Below, piece by piece: positions 30,462-32,000 of a stretch of DNA of 32,000 nucleotides (its first letter is position 1; each line of letters starts with the position of its first letter). The notes under the pieces were generated by a model. It made no database searches. It was not told the DNA's origin and saw nothing but the letters and a program-made list of their open reading frames with translations. The position numbers and the translations under genes are program-made. The stretch is from Gaiellaceae bacterium (GTDB lineage: Bacteria > Actinomycetota > Thermoleophilia > Gaiellales > Gaiellaceae). The stretch covers positions 5,510 to 37,509 of the forward strand of contig DASQWB010000183.1 of assembly GCA_035640455.1 (NCBI GenBank), read 5' to 3'.

Positions 30462-31753
30462 TAGTCCCGAGCCGCGCCCAGAAGCGGCGCCGGGAGCTGG
30501 TGCCGGATCGACCTGACGATCCGCCCCGTCGTGGTCGAGACAACCGAGTACGAGGCATTGCCGCGCTCGATGAAGGCGCGCCGCCCGACGACGATGCCGA
30601 AGACCTGTCGCTTGCCGAACAGGTGCGCGCGCCGCACGCCGGCGAGGCTGTAGATCGTCGCGCCGCGGCCGTCGTAGCGCTGCCGCTCTGCGTTCCAGTG
30701 CCACGGCGTGACGACGATGGCGTCGGTGCCGACGGACGCGCCTGCGGCGTTCGGATCGATCGTCTTCGCGCTCCAGTCCGTCGTGTCGACGAGCTGCAGG
30801 CCGACCGGCCGCGGGTCGTAGAGCATGCGGCCCTGCGCGTCGATCGAGCCGCGCTCGTCGACGCCCGACACGAGCAGCTGACCTGGCCGCGCCCACATCG
30901 CGACGCGAGACGTCCCGTCCAGGGGGCCCTTCTCCACGCTCTGGAGCGCTCGCGAAGCCCCGGCGAGCCGGTGGTAGGAGACCTGGAGCGTCGCGAGGTC
31001 GACCGCCGCGATCTGGCCCGGCGAGACCACGAAGGCTCTGCTGCCGTCGGCGGAGATCGCGAGGCCCGGCTGCGCGTAGTGCACGACGCGCGCCGGCCCC
31101 TCCTCGCCCGAGGCGTCCGAGCCGACGGAGACGCCGTCGAGCCGAACCGTGCGGACGGCGCCGTCCGCGTCGACGAGCGCGAGACCGGCCTCGCCCAGGC
31201 CGGTCTTAGGTCCGACGAGCAGCGCCAGCGTCCGGGAGGAGTGGGCGGCGCCGTAGACGAAGCTGTCGAGCGCCTGCTCGCCGACGACCGACCTCGTTTC
31301 GGGATCGACGGCGAGGAGCGACGTGGACGCGGGTGTCAGGCTTCCGTCGGCCTGTCGGTTCAGCCGCGCCACGACCGCGTAGAGCCGCCGGTCGTCCGGC
31401 CAGAAGGTCGTCCGGATCACGGCCATGCCGCCGGTGTCGACGAAGCCGAGCCGCCGCATCCGCACCGGATCGACGAGCATGAAGACGCCGTTCAGGTCGG
31501 AATCAGCGAGCACGAGCGTCGAGCGGTCGGGAGAGAAGCTCCACGCGGAGATCCGGCTGCCGAGCGCGAGCGACGGGCCGCGCCGCTCCAGCAACGTCAG
31601 CGGGTCGAGCCGGGCCAGCCGCCACGACTCCTGGCCGACGTATACGAAGCCGAAGACCGGAGCCGAGGAGCGCTGCTGCGCTGCACCGGCGCCGGCGAAG
31701 ACGAGCAGCAGGCCGGCGCCGAGAAACGTGAGCCCGAAGCGAAAGCGAGTCAT
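30458..31753 (-). CDS. secreted beta-propeller-like hypothetical protein
   Basis: The signal peptide is MTRFRFGLTFLGAGLLLVFAGAGAAQ. Repeated beta-strand blades include WSFSPDRSTLVLA and ISADGSRAFVV. The C-terminus is paralogous to the next gene. The stop overlaps the HAD stop (TTAA). Confidence 0.7.
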   Translation of the reverse strand: MTRFRFGLTFLGAGLLLVFAGAGAAQQRSSAPVFGFVYVGQESWRLARLDPLTLLERRGPSLALGSRISAWSFSPDRSTLVLADSDLNGVFMLVDPVRMRRLGFVDTGGMAVIRTTFWPDDRRLYAVVARLNRQADGSLTPASTSLLAVDPETRSVVGEQALDSFVYGAAHSSRTLALLVGPKTGLGEAGLALVDADGAVRTVRLDGVSVGSDASGEEGPARVVHYAQPGLAISADGSRAFVVSPGQIAAVDLATLQVSYHRLAGASRALQSVEKGPLDGTSRVAMWARPGQLLVSGVDERGSIDAQGRMLYDPRPVGLQLVDTTDWSAKTIDPNAAGASVGTDAIVVTPWHWNAERQRYDGRGATIYSLAGVRRAHLFGKRQVFGIVVGRRAFIERGNASYSVVSTTTGRIVRSIRHQLPAPLLGAARDY

Positions 31754-31764
31754 TCCGACACCTC

Positions 31765-32000
31765 CTAGGAGTCCGCCCCCGCGCCGAGGAGCGGCTGCGG
31801 CATCTCGCCGGCGCGCACCTTCCGGAGGATCGCCCCCGTGCGAAGCGAGACGACGGCGTAGTAGCCGGCCTGCGTCTGCACGAACGCCCGGTGCCCGAGC
31901 GCCACGACGTCGACGAACTGACGCCCGAACAGGCGCGCCCGCCGCGAGCCGTCGAGCCCGTAGATCGTCGCGCCCGGCCGGACGCCGCTCACCACGAGGG
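31765..32000 (-). CDS. paralog of the 30458-31753 gene (3' part only; continues beyond window)
   Basis: The C-terminal 76 aa (GATIYGLDGSRRARLFGRQ...LLGAGADS) align colinearly with GATIYSLAGVRRAHLFGKRQ...LLGAARDY of the neighbour. The frame is open to the window edge. Confidence 0.65.
   Translation of the reverse strand, partial: LVVSGVRPGATIYGLDGSRRARLFGRQFVDVVALGHRAFVQTQAGYYAVVSLRTGAILRKVRAGEMPQPLLGAGADS

Noticed and set aside
27637-31768. ORFs 27637-29577 (-, 646 aa), 29514-30896 (-, 460 aa) and 29918-31768 (+, 616 aa)
   Set aside because: They are antisense to the debranching-enzyme, HAD and propeller-protein genes. They are low-complexity Arg/Asp/Glu/Pro-rich with no motifs.
1-32000. 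Search for CRISPR arrays, tRNA/rRNA genes, IS elements, integrases and long tandem repeats
   Set aside because: I saw none by eye. All spacers longer than 40 nt were read (1742-1850, 10537-10652, 11928-12081, 13018-13078, 18452-18491, 21378-21457). They contain only the hairpins and motifs already reported. A cloverleaf or covariance scan was not possible, so small RNAs cannot be excluded.

Overview
This is a very GC-rich chromosomal segment: hand-counted 60-nt lines give about 75-80% GC in typical genes. Gene content looks actinobacterial. RTX-like proteins ending in an IDC..G.D...CE.V motif and YxWxRC Ig-like modules suggest a Solirubrobacterales/Conexibacter-like Thermoleophilia genome, but that is inference only. 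Coding density is near 95%, with many 1-19 nt gene overlaps. I found no rRNA, tRNA, CRISPR array, transposase or integrase.

Most genes are housekeeping or envelope-related: ybdK-type ligase, fabI, alr, nnr, acpS, arfB, a CCA-adding enzyme, a large S8 protease, a glycogen-debranching-type glucosidase, and HAD, SDR, HIT and methyltransferase genes.

Four things stand out:
1. An AhpE-like 1-Cys peroxiredoxin has its peroxidatic Cys codon replaced by an in-frame TGA (5266-5268). A SECIS-like two-part stem-loop follows directly. This is a probable selenocysteine peroxiredoxin, which the ORF track splits and truncates.
2. A roughly 1.1 kb low-GC islet (about 55-63% GC) sits between an ArsR regulator and fabI. 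It carries one gene for an N-terminal TIR (NADase-type) domain fused to an unrecognised C-terminal domain of about 140 aa. This is a candidate stand-alone immune or NAD-depleting effector with a novel sensor module.
3. An ECF sigma / anti-sigma module has two back-to-back copies of the same bipartite promoter-like motif (GGACCCCGC-N11/12-TCGTA). The copies face the sigma operon and a divergent RTX gene.
4. The sigma operon continues into an unusual fusion of a LAS (MepA-like) and an M14 (MpaA-like) peptidoglycan peptidase.

All family calls come from motif recognition by eye. No database search was run.
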